Part shown: piece by piece, positions 37,624 to 50,443 of the stretch | Position numbering within the stretch: position 1 is the first letter of the stretch | How the letters are laid out: each line of letters starts with the position of its first letter | Source: Octopus sinensis | Lineage: Eukaryota | Length of the DNA: 64,000 bases | Reading direction: 5' to 3' | NCBI RefSeq assembly: GCF_006345805.1 | Contig: NC_043008.1 | Coordinates: 73,408,001 to 73,472,000 of the forward strand | The notes under the pieces: generated by a model | Database searches by the model: none | What the model was told of the DNA's origin: nothing | The model's input: only the letters and a program-made list of their open reading frames with translations | Program-made: the position numbers and the translations under genes

Positions 37624-37943
37624 CTTCCTCCGAATTTAGTAGCCGGCTTCACTAATTTAGCCACAAATATATATGTATATAGAACTATTTTCATTAGCTA
37701 GTTCATATTTTGAAATGTATTAACTGAAGAAACTCTCGAATAAGATGATGTATTTCCTATTACATATACGAAAGGTCTGAAACGTACGTATTAAATAGTT
37801 CAAAGTATCATTATTTAGTTTGACTTCATTATCACAATGTATAGGTGTGTATGCGTATGCGTGCGAATATGTGTGTCTGCATGCATTTGTGTGTGAGTAC
37901 GTATGTGTGTGCTTGTGTGCGCGTCCGTGTGTGCGTGGTGTGT

Positions 37944-37982
<39 letters not shown>

Positions 37983-39190
37983 GTGTGTGTGTGTGTTCAA
38001 GCTACTGCTAATAGCTTGAAACTACATGTCTTGATAAGAAAACTTTCAGATACTAAAGTCTTTATTCAGCAGGAATAAAAATAAGTTTGAAAATATTTTC
38101 AAAATAGTTTTGAAAACATCAGTTTCTGTTTTACAACGATAGAGAAAATTAAAAATGAATGTAAAATACACGCATTAACATGATCGTTCAGAGCATAAAA
38201 ATATCTAAGCATGTGCAATAACTCGCGAGCACGCACGCGTTCACCCACACACGCATACGCCACCCCCCACACAAAGAAGTATGCGTTATAGATATATATG
38301 TTTGTTTGCTGTAAAGTACATGTAGATGAAAGGGGGCTGCCATATAAAGTGAATATGTGGAGATTTAATCACAAATGTAGTTTGCTAGGTGGAGTGATTG
38401 TACAACTTAGCTACATAGAAGGTTGTGTACATTTATTGTCTACGAGCTTTGCCCGGGATTAAGTTAGGATTATTAAGCTAATCAAGTTCTTTATTTCAAA
38501 CCAAACTGAGTAACATTGACGTCAAATTTGGGCGAAATTCGTTGAAATTGGTAAACTTTTGGCTGAAAATGAGTTGCAAACAACTTCATTGGCTAATCCC
38601 ATAAGGAATCAGTTTATCGATTTTTTCTACTCATCGATTTTCCTTTTTCGGTTTGGAGAACTTAAAGAATTCAAAGATCCCATGAGTCCTAAGTAATGCT
38701 GGCATCAAGTTTGAACAAAATACATCAAAATTGATAAAAGTTATGGTTGAAAATGGGGTGTAGCCAATTTTAGTGGGAAGTCCTATAAGGAATCGGTTTA
38801 TCGAAATTTTTACCCTGATTAAATGGAAAACCCCATAAGGAATCAGTTTATTGATTTTTCACCCCAAATAGGATTTAATCGAATACAATATTGCTGATTC
38901 AAAAACATCTATATTTATAATTTAAATTTTTTTTCACACCCAATCCAGTTCAGCAGAATCAGTGTCGCGACGGGCGCGCATGGGTTGAGAGTTTGATCGC
39001 AGAGGTGATCAGGTTGCACATGTCAGCCCTTTGAAAACATCCCACTAATCTACCCCACCCTTTGCCCATGGTTTGGGAACCCTTTCAGCAAGGAAAATAG
39101 AATGCCCAAAAGGGCTCCCGATTCTCTGTGTCAGAAGCAGTTATGTTCAGATCACAACTAAGTCTTAAGTATATATATATATATATATAT

Positions 39191-39224
<34 letters not shown>

Positions 39225-39254
39225 CACATACACACACACACACCACACACACAC

Positions 39255-39303
<49 letters not shown>
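35872..39303 (+). repeat. Tandem duplication of a ~1.7-kb unit (offset ~1694 bp), near-identical
   Basis: 35926 aligns with 37620. The differences I see are small indels in homopolymers or microsatellites; both breakpoints lie in (TA)n. Confidence 0.95.
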
Positions 39304-39310
<7 letters not shown>

Positions 39311-39545
39311 TGGGAAATACACACTAGAACATTTGAAAATTGTTGAAAGTTTAGGTTGAAAATATAGTTTTACAGCTATTCGCTGATGCTTCTGCGAAAA
39401 ATAAGTTGACGAAGATACAGCTAGGATCATGACGAATGTCCTCCTAAAAGTGGAGCCACATGCGTGCTAATTTGTGGACGGGCCTAAATTACAATCACGT
39501 ACACACACATATACACACACACATCCTGCCTTTTATATATACAGA
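38438..39545 (+). mobile_element. Possible Helitron/Helentron-type non-autonomous element (truncated copy at 36745-37560)
   Basis: Starts GAGCTTTGCCCGGG, has internal repeats, and ends CTGCCTTTTATATATACAGAT, like Lep1/DINE-type elements. Similar heads occur at 22375 and 56388. Confidence 0.4.
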
Positions 39546-39847
39546 TGTAGAACGTTGTCTACATTTATTGTCTACATTTACCAACATTCTCGTGTCCAGT
39601 GTTGTAATTATTTTCAATGATATTATCCGTTTATAAAAATTTCGAGCTTACGTGTTTTTAATGCCCTGAACTTTAAATGATCTTCAATTCGAAATCATAA
39701 TTGTAAGCGGATATTTTTAATCGACTGCTGTATCCTGATATACCAGCTAGATATCTTTTCTTTCTTACTTTCTAGTTCTCTCCCATATATATATATATTA
39801 TATATGGGATATATATATCTATCTATCTATCTATCTATCTATATATA

Positions 39848-39896
<49 letters not shown>

Positions 39897-39921
39897 ATAT
39901 TATATATATATATGGGATATA

Positions 39922-39952
<31 letters not shown>

Positions 39953-40973
39953 TTATGTATTAGAATCTGATGATTCATCTTTTTATCACTTGAAGGACGC
40001 ACGTGGTGGGAAGCTCAGGGTAGTCGCTGAATGAATCATCAGCCAGCTTCGAACAAATAGATAAACACTACTATATGTATTGATTACTTTTGTCCGGTTT
40101 GTTTACACACACATACACACACACCCTCACGCGTACTCTTACGCACGTGCGTGCGCACGGGCACACACAAACACACGTATGTGTACATATAATCCAGCGG
40201 TGACTACTTATAAGAAGCTCGTAGTAAAGCTAGATGAAGCGTAAAGACTAATCTATGGAAATAAAAAGTCCTGCTTATCTAACATTAACTCAAATTTTTT
40301 CCTCAAGTGCAGTCATTTTACTGTTTCCATGAAACAACATCATAAGCATTGACTATTCATAGTTAAAAATACTAAACATTTTAATCTTTAATCACTAACA
40401 ATCAAAATATTGAACATGAGTTAGAAAATAATAAAAAGAACAGGTACCACAATTGAAATCTATTTTCGAAAATCTTTCTTTACACATGTACATACGTACA
40501 CACATAACTACTCACACACATGTACAAAAATACATTTACTTATACACAGGCAAAATGAAATGCATTTAACACTTAACTTCATATTCTCCTATAGATATAC
40601 ATACATTAGTGAAAACATGCACATAGCCTTACTTTAAACTATAAATGGTCATGCTTGTATATGTGTATATGAATGTGTGTGGGAGTGAATATGTGTATTT
40701 ATGTACCAATAATTTATATATTTCTATACACTTTTCATTTCAATAATAAATGATTTTTAGTCATGATTTTTAGTGATGGAAAAATTTGGAGCATATACCG
40801 TGTTTTAAAATACATGCGCGTTGACGCACGCTCTCGCACACACATACATCTACACAATTACACACACACACTCGCACTTACACATACATACATATACACC
40901 TATATACGTATAAGTACATGCAAATTCATACACGCATTCATATACATATATATGTATATATATGTATCTCCCC

Positions 40974-41008
<35 letters not shown>

Positions 41009-41055
41009 CATGTATGTATGGATGCATGTATGTATATATATATATATATAAATAC

Positions 41056-41098
<43 letters not shown>

Positions 41099-41100
41099 AT

Positions 41101-42114
41101 TAATAAATAAATAAAACATATGCATATATACATACATATATGTGCGTACCTACCTCTACATGTATATATACATGCATATATGGGTACAGGACACCAAAAA
41201 AAAACGTCGAACACAATGAGAAACGAAACCATAAACACAAAACCAAGGAAATGGACATTTTTCTTAAACAACGAAAAAATAAAGTACAGGACATACAAAA
41301 CAAGGAAAATTCCCCTTCTTCAGTCGCCTTTGTTTCATCTACTCCACGTTTCGAAGGTCAAGGCGATACATGACTTTAATGAAACAATCCTTCCCGCGAA
41401 AATGAAATTAAATAAAATTTAAAATTTTTTGCGGAGGGGTAAAAATGGTAACAAAAACAGGACAGTAACGACAGTACAAAATATAAACAGTAAAAGACAG
41501 GACAAGGAGAATAACAGTAACACAAACAAGAAGGGCTCTTAAGCCGAACGCTATTTTTTGAGAACGGCGAGGGAGCAACAGATATGCCTTCTCTACTTGA
41601 AGGTAGCCAGGACAGAAAGACAGTAGCAGAGTTCTCGTCGCGGGTCAACGATGGCAGGGAGGGGGAGGAGGAGTAAGAGAAAGGGAGAGAAAAAAAGGGA
41701 ATGGTTGTAGAGAAAAGAATAAAGAATGAGAGAGAGAGAGAGAGAGAGGGAGAGACAGTAAGATAGAAGAAAAGGAAAGCCAAAAGAATGAAGGCTGAGA
41801 AAGGGAGGGGGAGTGAAGGGTTAAGAGTGCGCATCATTATTAATATTAAGAACAATCTTACTTAAAAATGGATGCGTGCGTTCCGTCATATAATAAATTA
41901 ATAAATAAATAAAACGTATGCATATATACATACATATATGTACGTACCTACCTCTACATGTATATATACATGCATATGTGGGTACAGGACACCAAAAAAA
42001 CGTCGAACACAATGAGAAACGAAAACATAAACAAAAACCAAGGAAATGGACATTTTTCTTAAACAACGAAAAAATAGAGTACAGGACATACAAAACAAGG
42101 AAAATTCCCCTTCT
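41101..42114 (-). mobile_element. Repeat family C with ~220-bp direct terminal repeats (41101-41320 and 41891-42114)
   Basis: The direct repeat is visible by eye and the interior is non-coding. Confidence 0.7.
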
Positions 42115-42280
42115 ATATATATATATTCACGCATACACATATACATAAATACGCACATTTACATGCGTATATGGACGTATATATACAAATACAGTTCTAT
42201 ATTTAAGAGATGAGGAACTATGCACATTACTTACATTATTGACACTCGACGGATATTTGTCCTCATCTCGTTTGTTGTTA

Positions 42281-42324
42281 ATACAAAATTTCGGCAGATA
42301 TATCCTCCAGCCTTCATCAGGTGT
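42281..42324 (-). ncRNA. Minimal hammerhead, degenerate (GAAATTTT instead of GAAACGTT)
   Basis: Minus strand ACAC-CTGATGA-A-GGCTG..CTGCC-GAAA-TTTT-GTAT. Confidence 0.5.
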
Positions 42325-42372
42325 CTTGGGGAAATTTCGAACCTGGGTTCTCATTATTAAGGTATTTTTCGA

Positions 42373-42465
<93 letters not shown>

Positions 42466-42532
42466 TATGACGTAGATGTTAATAGTGCGGACTACTAACC
42501 CCAAAATTCCGAGTTCGATTCCAGGTAGTAAG

Positions 42533-42569
<37 letters not shown>

Positions 42570-42633
42570 TAATAATAATAATAATAATAATAATAACTTA
42601 GGAATGAGAACACAGGTTCGAACTTTCCCAAAG

Positions 42634-42677
42634 ACACCTGATGAAGGATGAATGGTATATCCGCCGAAACGTTGTGT
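42634..42677 (+). ncRNA. Minimal hammerhead, core intact, helix II weakened
   Basis: ACAC-CTGATGA-A-GGATG..CCGCC-GAAAC-GTT-GTGT. Confidence 0.6.
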
Positions 42678-43097
42678 AAACAACAAACAAGACGAGGACA
42701 AATATCCGTCAAATGTAAGTAATGTACAAATAGTTCATATATACACATATACACGATAGCGGCAGTTCGATTTCAAGTACTGTATTGTTTGGTCTTTCTC
42801 TTAAAGCAGCACGAATGAGGCTTTCCAGTTCGGCTGGGAGCTACACGCTTTGGAACAGATGTGACGGCGATGTCTGCCTATTGAAGCATGTGTTCAGTTT
42901 CTTGCTTGTATCGACTAAGGCCAGCTATTGTATGCAACACATAATAGAGATGTTAAAAATCAAGCTATACCTGTGCTTGGTAATTTTTAAAGCGAGAGAA
43001 GGCCTTGCTCGGGGCTAAGGTCACTCTCTAGACAACGCATACATACATACGTACATACGTAGGTACATGCATACTTACTTACGTACGTAGATATATG

Positions 43098-43158
<61 letters not shown>

Positions 43159-43693
43159 GAAGGCCGTCAACCCCGTGTTCTGCTTTAATCACCTAAGCAT
43201 TATTTCGCGGTATGAAAGGTCGTGACTTGAAGCGCATGACGCCTTCCTCAAGATGGTCTAGAAGTATTTGGTTGAGACATAAAAGAAAGCAATTTTGATG
43301 CAGTGGAGTTTGATTAGCTACGGAGTCTCTTGTCACATCTTTCTCAAAATTTACTTTCATCAACTGTGAAATTCTCTTGACAGTAGTTGTAAACTATTGA
43401 ACGGAAAATCACTCAGTAGAGACCTGATAATTAGTTAATGATACAGAAAGCTTACATTCTACTGCGCAGCCCTCGTTAAGCTGTTTAAGATAACATTTGA
43501 TGAGACTGATGCGCCAGACAAGCTGACGATTGTACGCACAGCACTAGCAGCTAAAAAGAAGAAGCATGTGAACAAGAAGTCTATTTCCATAGCGTGCTTG
43601 AGTACGATGAATAAATTCTACACATGTTGCTTTAATGCATTCTTCCAGGATCACTGTGAAACATAATATTCAAAGTGATGACTATTGTGGCTA

Positions 43694-43808
<115 letters not shown>

Positions 43809-44025
43809 TAGATAGATAGATGCAAACTTATAAGCGCTGCACGTGTCAGTATTCAACATAAATAAGGAATTAGGAAACGCAGAAATGCTGTGAGGACAGC
43901 TTAGAAAATCGGGTAAATACTCTTTAGAAAACGGAAAAAGGTTGCTGGCCAGCCTCCACAGGGAATCGAACGCTGCTCTATTCTCACTCATTCAATTACA
44001 CGCCCCCCCACATCTCACACACATA

Positions 44026-45234
44026 CAGGGAACGTCAGTATCTTTGAGGATATCTCTTTCAAGATGTCTAACGTTTTTATAACATTTTGTACCTTATTTT
44101 TCAGATAAGTAATGTAAGACGTCAGTTTGACACAGGAAATGAGAAGGTATGCTGCAATCGTGGCTTTAAAAGCAGAGCTTAGTGATGAAGAGGTAACTCG
44201 CTTATTGAAAGTTACCAGATACTTTGTTGTCAAATTTCGAAAGCGGCTAGAAGCAGGTGACAGGGATGAAACATCAGCAGCTAAACATAAAACGCTTGAC
44301 CCAGTGCTAATACCATTAGCAACTTTGTATAAAAACTTCGAGAGATTTCGATAAAATCATCGGGAAGTCAATCAGAGCCTCTGCGAAGGATCTCACGGTG
44401 TCACAATGCGACATCAGAAGAGCAGTGTATGAGAGCATTCAGCACAAGTTCTCTGTGATGTGGTGGGGTCACTTTATGTTGGATGTGACAAGAGACAACT
44501 GGTCCATCCGTGCAAAGCGCTTGCTAAACAAGTTAATACACCAAGAGGTTTGTATACTTTTGTTTTCCTCCGATAACAAATACTTCGATCAGAACCAAAA
44601 GCAAACCGAATGAACGGCAGATGGTTATGCAGAGACCCGAATGATGTTTCAATGGTCATGCGTAGAAAGTTTCTAGAAACTGTAATGTTCCTGAGACTTG
44701 TCAGCAACGAGAGAGATGTCATACATCCTCACTTTTTTTCACAAGGCTTAATCGTCAATGCTGCTGTCTACACAGAAGTGTTGGAGAAATTTGCGAGACC
44801 CTGGGTAGACAGAATATACAGTAGAAAACTGTACGTCATACAAGATTCTGCGCCGTCTCATAAAGTTAGAAAAACCCATGCATGGATCCATGCCCATCTC
44901 CATCGTCATAATCTCTTAGATACATGCCCTTGTAGCTCACCATTGGACTATTAATTATAGTCAACACCCTCATAACACATTGCAATATCTCAAATCAACT
45001 ATAACTATCACAGTATTCCAAACTGATAAAGATCATCTGATTCTAGCCTGTCAAAGCTTCTGATTTCATATGAACCAGTCATTGATGCTAAGGGTAGATT
45101 CATTGAATAGGTGTGATAAAAGGAGTTTCAAGATTATTTTTACTAATTTGTTTTCAAATACAACCTTTCATTAATGACTCATAGGTCTTATTCCAAATGC
45201 ATACAAATGGCCTAAAAAAAACTGACGTACTCTA
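44026..45234 (+). mobile_element. Tc1/mariner-superfamily transposon (maT/DD37D-like), inactivated
   Basis: Imperfect TIR CAGGGAACGTCAGT/ACTGACGTACTCT in TA context. Remnants FSSDNKYFDQ, RWLCRDP..VM, VSNERDVIHPHFF, QDSAPSHK and SPLDY. Confidence 0.85.
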
Positions 45235-45260
45235 TATATGCGTGTATACACACACACACA

Positions 45261-45332
<72 letters not shown>

Positions 45333-45335
45333 GTA

Positions 45336-45406
<71 letters not shown>

Positions 45407-45999
45407 ATAGATAGATAGATATACACACACAAAACATACAAGTATAGCATACGTAAAGTTCTTTGAGAGAACAGTAAGATGTACGGCTGCTATTGTTGAG
45501 TTTAGTGCTGTAGAGGGATTAGCATCATCCAGTCTTCTTCCAGTATAGTTAAGCAATTACTAAACTTAGTAGTATTACTAGTTATGACATAGAGAGCAAA
45601 CGAAGGAGAAATTAGGATAAACTTCAGTTATATCATTAGCTCGCTAAGTTCGTTTCGGTGTGGTGGTTGCTTGGAACCAAAGCACTGAACGATCGAAGTG
45701 CAGTTGAATTCTTAACCACAACAGATCAGAGGAACACTTTACATATACATAGACATGTAAACGCGCGCGCGCGCACACACATACACCCCCACCCCCACCC
45801 CACGCGCACGTAAATACATATGTACACACACTTAAACACTATTTTCCCATACATATTTATACATAAATACACAAATATCACACATATACTCACTCAGAAA
45901 CAATCAACACAAATGTGCATATATTAGTCTCATATATTTTGAATGCAAGGAAAGAAATTAGAATTAATTTCTGACCGTTGAAGTATAATTCAAATAGCT

Positions 46000-46300
46000 A
46001 TGATTATCTAATAATAATGTTCTTTAAAATCAGTCGCGTTGGTAGTGCCAATTCTCTGAAATCGTGATGTCTGTAAGTGGATGTTTCTGTATATTTTGTA
46101 TCTCAAGTTGGTGGTACAACGAAGTGATAGACGCTGCTCTGCTTCGGCTGTACAATTTTGTAGACAGCTGATCTAGAAATAAATATTGTTCAAAATGTGT
46201 CTCGGGAAATTCGGTTGAATTTCATAAATATTTTATTGGAAGGTTATAAAATTCGCAATTTTTATGATATAGGTTATTTATGCAAGTGTTTGCTATTTTT
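46000..46300 (-). mobile_element. Possible hAT transposase C-terminal remnant
   Basis: Minus strand CTAEAEQRLSL resembles the hAT dimerisation motif STAEAERSFS; weak. Confidence 0.3.
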
Positions 46301-47733
46301 GTCATATTGTTTAACTTGAGATTATCTGGGATATGAGAAACTTTCCTAAAACCATTATTTTAGAAATAGGTAATAGAATAAAAAGTTCCTGCATACCATG
46401 ATACTGAGTGATATAACTTCCAAAAATCTAAGAAGATATTTTAGACATGAGAATAAAATTTTCTCGAAAAACTGAAGAACATATTAGATAAGATAGTTCT
46501 TGGCATTACCCTAGCCTGAACGCTTTGATCATAATTCTGTCCAGTTAAGAATTACTTGGACATACAGAACAGCAACAATAACGCCAGAAATTTTCTAAAC
46601 CAATAGGTACATCGTTAAAAACGTCCTATGGATGAGTCCATCTCAGTAGGGCAGAGTCACTCGAACGGATAGTTGGCAGCAGCACTATAGACATTCATAA
46701 ATGTTCAATACGCGAGCAATGCTGAATTCTAATTGTACAGTGGAATTTGCTTCATGGTTAAAGAATCAGTAGCGATGAATAATTATTCATTGGGATAAAT
46801 AAGTTTGATAAGGATGGCGGGGTGGGGAATTCATTAATATTGTACTGTAATTAGATAAGAGCTATTTGGAATTAATTAAACTGATGGCTGCTAATTCCTA
46901 GGGATTTTCTTCAGATCTGTCATACCGTAAGAATGATGCAAGTGATAGCCACGATGCTGTACAAAAAATTCGTTCATCCGAAGATAGTTTTCTACCGAAG
47001 ATACTTCGAAATAAGTTTATAGTGCTGTGATCAACCCATCAGTCTATTACTGCTATGATCAATGAAACGTAATTTGTGGAGTGAATTTACTGTTACAAAC
47101 ATATTCTAGTCCATTTGGGGTCACGAAGATGCAATACAAATGACGGTTGGATATAATATACAAAGAATGTATTTATATAAGAACAATGTTTTGATGAAGC
47201 GTCCTTTCCAACCCAGGTAATATGGTGGAAATGTCAATATTCCGAAACATTTTCGGGTTAAAAAAGAAGAAAATCAATATGCATGAAGAAATCTCAGAAG
47301 AAAATATCTGCCAATCGGATTGTGAAATGCAATGACCACAGCAAACAACAACGTTAATAGTAACAATGTTCATGAAAAATAATGGAATCATATAAGTGAA
47401 AAACATGAAAAGTAAAAGTATTTTGATTCATGAAAAATGTAAATCTATTCGGCTCCAAATTTGTTTAGGTAGGACATTTTCCTGTCCAATGAATCGCCAT
47501 TAAAGGTAAAATAATTTTTAGATTTGTTTTTCTTTGTCGTCTATCATGTATTTATCTCTGTAAATGTTGCTATTTTGTAATATTTCTATTTGTCAAAGTA
47601 TCGATGCTTTATGTCAGATTAAATTACAAAGAAATAAACTGTAAAAAATACGCAATGCTCTCAAATGCTGCTACTAATATCCAACAATTATTTTCTTACG
47701 CTGACTGAGGCTACAGCATGAGAGAGAGAGAGA

Positions 47734-47809
<76 letters not shown>

Positions 47810-48319
47810 GTAAAGTGATCTGCTTTTAGCCAGACCAGTCTCTATATTTGGAGTTTATCAGTCTGCAACTGGTTTTGACTTTCAACACTATACCGAAGAC
47901 ATTCAGTAAAAAGTAATCAATTACTCGAAGTAAAATTATTAAAAACAACAACAACAGCATATCATTTGAAGAAGGATTGCAGATATAATAGCTGCCTTCA
48001 GAACAAATGCATGATTAGAGTTTTAATTATATCGAATTGAAACTCAAAATAGAGACAACTATCTGCAAAACGAAACGGGAAAATGGATAGAATTCGATGC
48101 CAAACTCGGCACGAATAGAGTCAGCTAATGTTTGAACTGATTCCAAATAGAGCATATTTACTAAAACAAAAATGACAAATTCTTGAATCAAAATATTCAA
48201 AGCATTTATTGTATATTATTGGTGAAAAATATGCAGCAAATTTAAAACTTATCCTCTTCAATTATGTATTTCTTGTAACGAAGAAGTATGTAATACATAA
48301 ACATTGTCTTTTATCCCTT

Positions 48320-48605
48320 GTTATTTGTGAATGGTCACCTCCTGCCTTCACCTCAAACGTTTTCACCAACGCTGCCTCCGTAGCATCCTCAACACTTACT
48401 GGAGCGACTACATCAGCAACACTGAGATCCTCGAGTGAGCAAAGGTCATTAGCCTGGAAGCCATTTTACTTAAGACACGACTGTGTTGGGCAGGGCACGT
48501 TAACAGGATGAAAAACCACTGCCTACCCAAGATAATTATTTACGGTGAGCTCACCACGGCCATCGCAACAGGTGGACAGGAAGGAAGCGTTACAAGGACT
48601 GCTTG
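48320..48605 (+). mobile_element. RTE-clade LINE C-terminal fragment
   Basis: KRFHQRCLRSILN..WSDYISNTEILE and RMKNHCLPKIIIYGEL, then a KRYKDCL-like motif. Confidence 0.8.
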
Positions 48606-49620
48606 TAGCAGTCCCTTAGTGTTTGTGTCATTGATTAGCGTGAGTAAGCTCCAGTGTTCGATATGCATGCAGTCTTCCACACTTGCCAATCCCCTTCCTT
48701 CATTTTCTCTTTTCATGTATAAACGATCAGTGACTGCACGTGGATGATAGTCACCATGCATTGTTAGGAGCTTTCTCGTCTTCCTTTCCAAGTCCCTTAG
48801 CTCATCCTTCGTCCACTTCAGAATACCAACGCCACACCGAACCACTGACACTGTGCACGAGTTCACTTATAAGAGACTTGTAGACATGTGCGGAAATAAG
48901 ATTGACCCACCTGGAGTATTGATAGAGCTCGATGAACTGCCACCAGTAGTTGAACTCACAGAAATGGAGCCTTAATAAGAGTAAGTAAAATTACTTTGTT
49001 TTTTTAAAAAAAAGGAAAAAAAGAAAAGAAAAAGTGCTTCGAAGGAAAAAGAGAGAAAAATGATAATTAATAAAAAAAAACAACAGACAAAATAACACGA
49101 TTGTAATATAGTGTGTACAAACGTTCAAATGGTACTGCATGAGGAGTGGGGCCCATGCAGCCATTTCGTTTTCCATTTTAATATAATATTCATCCTCATT
49201 CGTTTTATGTTTATTGTCCCCACTGTGGTGCTGTGTCTGTCCATGTTTGTCCCCCTCTATGTTGGGCCTTCGTGGCTAATAAAGAAACAGAGTTCATTGC
49301 CGAAATTATGTTTATGGCATTCAGCTTTGATCCAACATTTTTCTCAATCGTCGCAGTTACTCTTTCATTATTTTTTTTAATCATGACATTATGTTTAATT
49401 CTAACTTCCTCAAATATTCCCAGGTATATATATCCGGATTCGAGTGTAATTGCTTTCATCATTTCACCACTTGGCATACACATACCTTCTGTTTCGACAA
49501 ACTGATCTCGTTTTATCACTGTCATAGCGCATTTTTAAGTCAAAACTCCATTACGATATCGTTTTTAGAAAATCCGCACTGACTGGATAATACTGTCCAG
49601 TTCTGCCTCACTTCTTGTGT
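48606..49620 (-). mobile_element. R4/Dong-like RT fragments, interrupted at ~48870-49190
   Basis: ORFs 49211-49525 (YIYLGI..SKLNAINIISAMN) and 48540-48866 (KWTKDELRDLERKTRKLLTMHG..DRLYMKR..GRGL). Confidence 0.8.
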
Positions 49621-49755
49621 GGCTGGCACTTATATTGTCTTTTAACATTTCCCAAATCATACACCAACTTTGTCGTCTACAGTATATCACTCATTATTTA
49701 TTATTATTGTTGCTCTTATTATTGCTTTTGTTATTATTATCATTCTTATTATAAA

Positions 49756-49966
49756 GGGGGCGAGCTGGCAGAATTGTTAGCATGCCGAGCAAAATGTTTA
49801 GCCGAATTTCAACCAGATATACGTTCTGAGTTCTAATTCCAACGAGATCGACATTGCATTTCATCGTTTCAGGTCGATGAAATAAGTACCAGTTGAATGG
49901 TGGGGTCAATGTAATCGAGAAGTCCCCTGCCCTAAATTTCAGGACTAGTGCCTATTGTGGAAAGAA
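49756..49966 (+). mobile_element. SINE family A, older copy
   Basis: Homologous to 11991-12375; followed by (ATT/ATC)n. Confidence 0.75.
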
Positions 49967-49972
49967 TTATTA

Positions 49973-50008
<36 letters not shown>

Positions 50009-50055
50009 CATCATCATCATCATCCTTATCATTATTATTATCATCATCATCATCA

Positions 50056-50114
<59 letters not shown>

Positions 50115-50370
50115 GCGTTTGTAGTTGTTGCCTTCGGCCTGAATGCCACGTTAAACTACATGATAATTTATTTGACTTTTTTGATTAAATATCCTTACTG
50201 GTAACGTCTGTTATTCGTTCGAAGCTTGACCAGACCGAACTTGAGAAAGGCGTTTTCCAACTCATCGTGGTCACACACAATGGTGTAATTGTTGAAAACC
50301 TTTTTAAAAAATCCTAAATAAACAATAAATAAAACCACAGCTCGGGTTATGATGGACGAGAGTTTGTGCA

Positions 50371-50374
<4 letters not shown>

Positions 50375-50438
<64 letters not shown>
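50375..50438 (+). repeat. (GA)n microsatellite
   Basis: Seen directly. Confidence 0.95.

Positions 50439-50443
<5 letters not shown>

Larger units (their letters stand above)
42190..42730. mobile_element. tRNA-head/(AAT)n/hammerhead cassette, locus 3, inverted pair
   Basis: Minus tail 42190-42372, (GTT/ATT)n, plus head 42464-42533, (AAT)n, plus tail 42597-42730. Confidence 0.8.

Noticed and set aside
39967-40042. Inverted CTGATGATTCA/TGAATCATCAG containing a hammerhead heptamer
   Set aside because: No helix II-GAAA-NUH arrangement on either strand.
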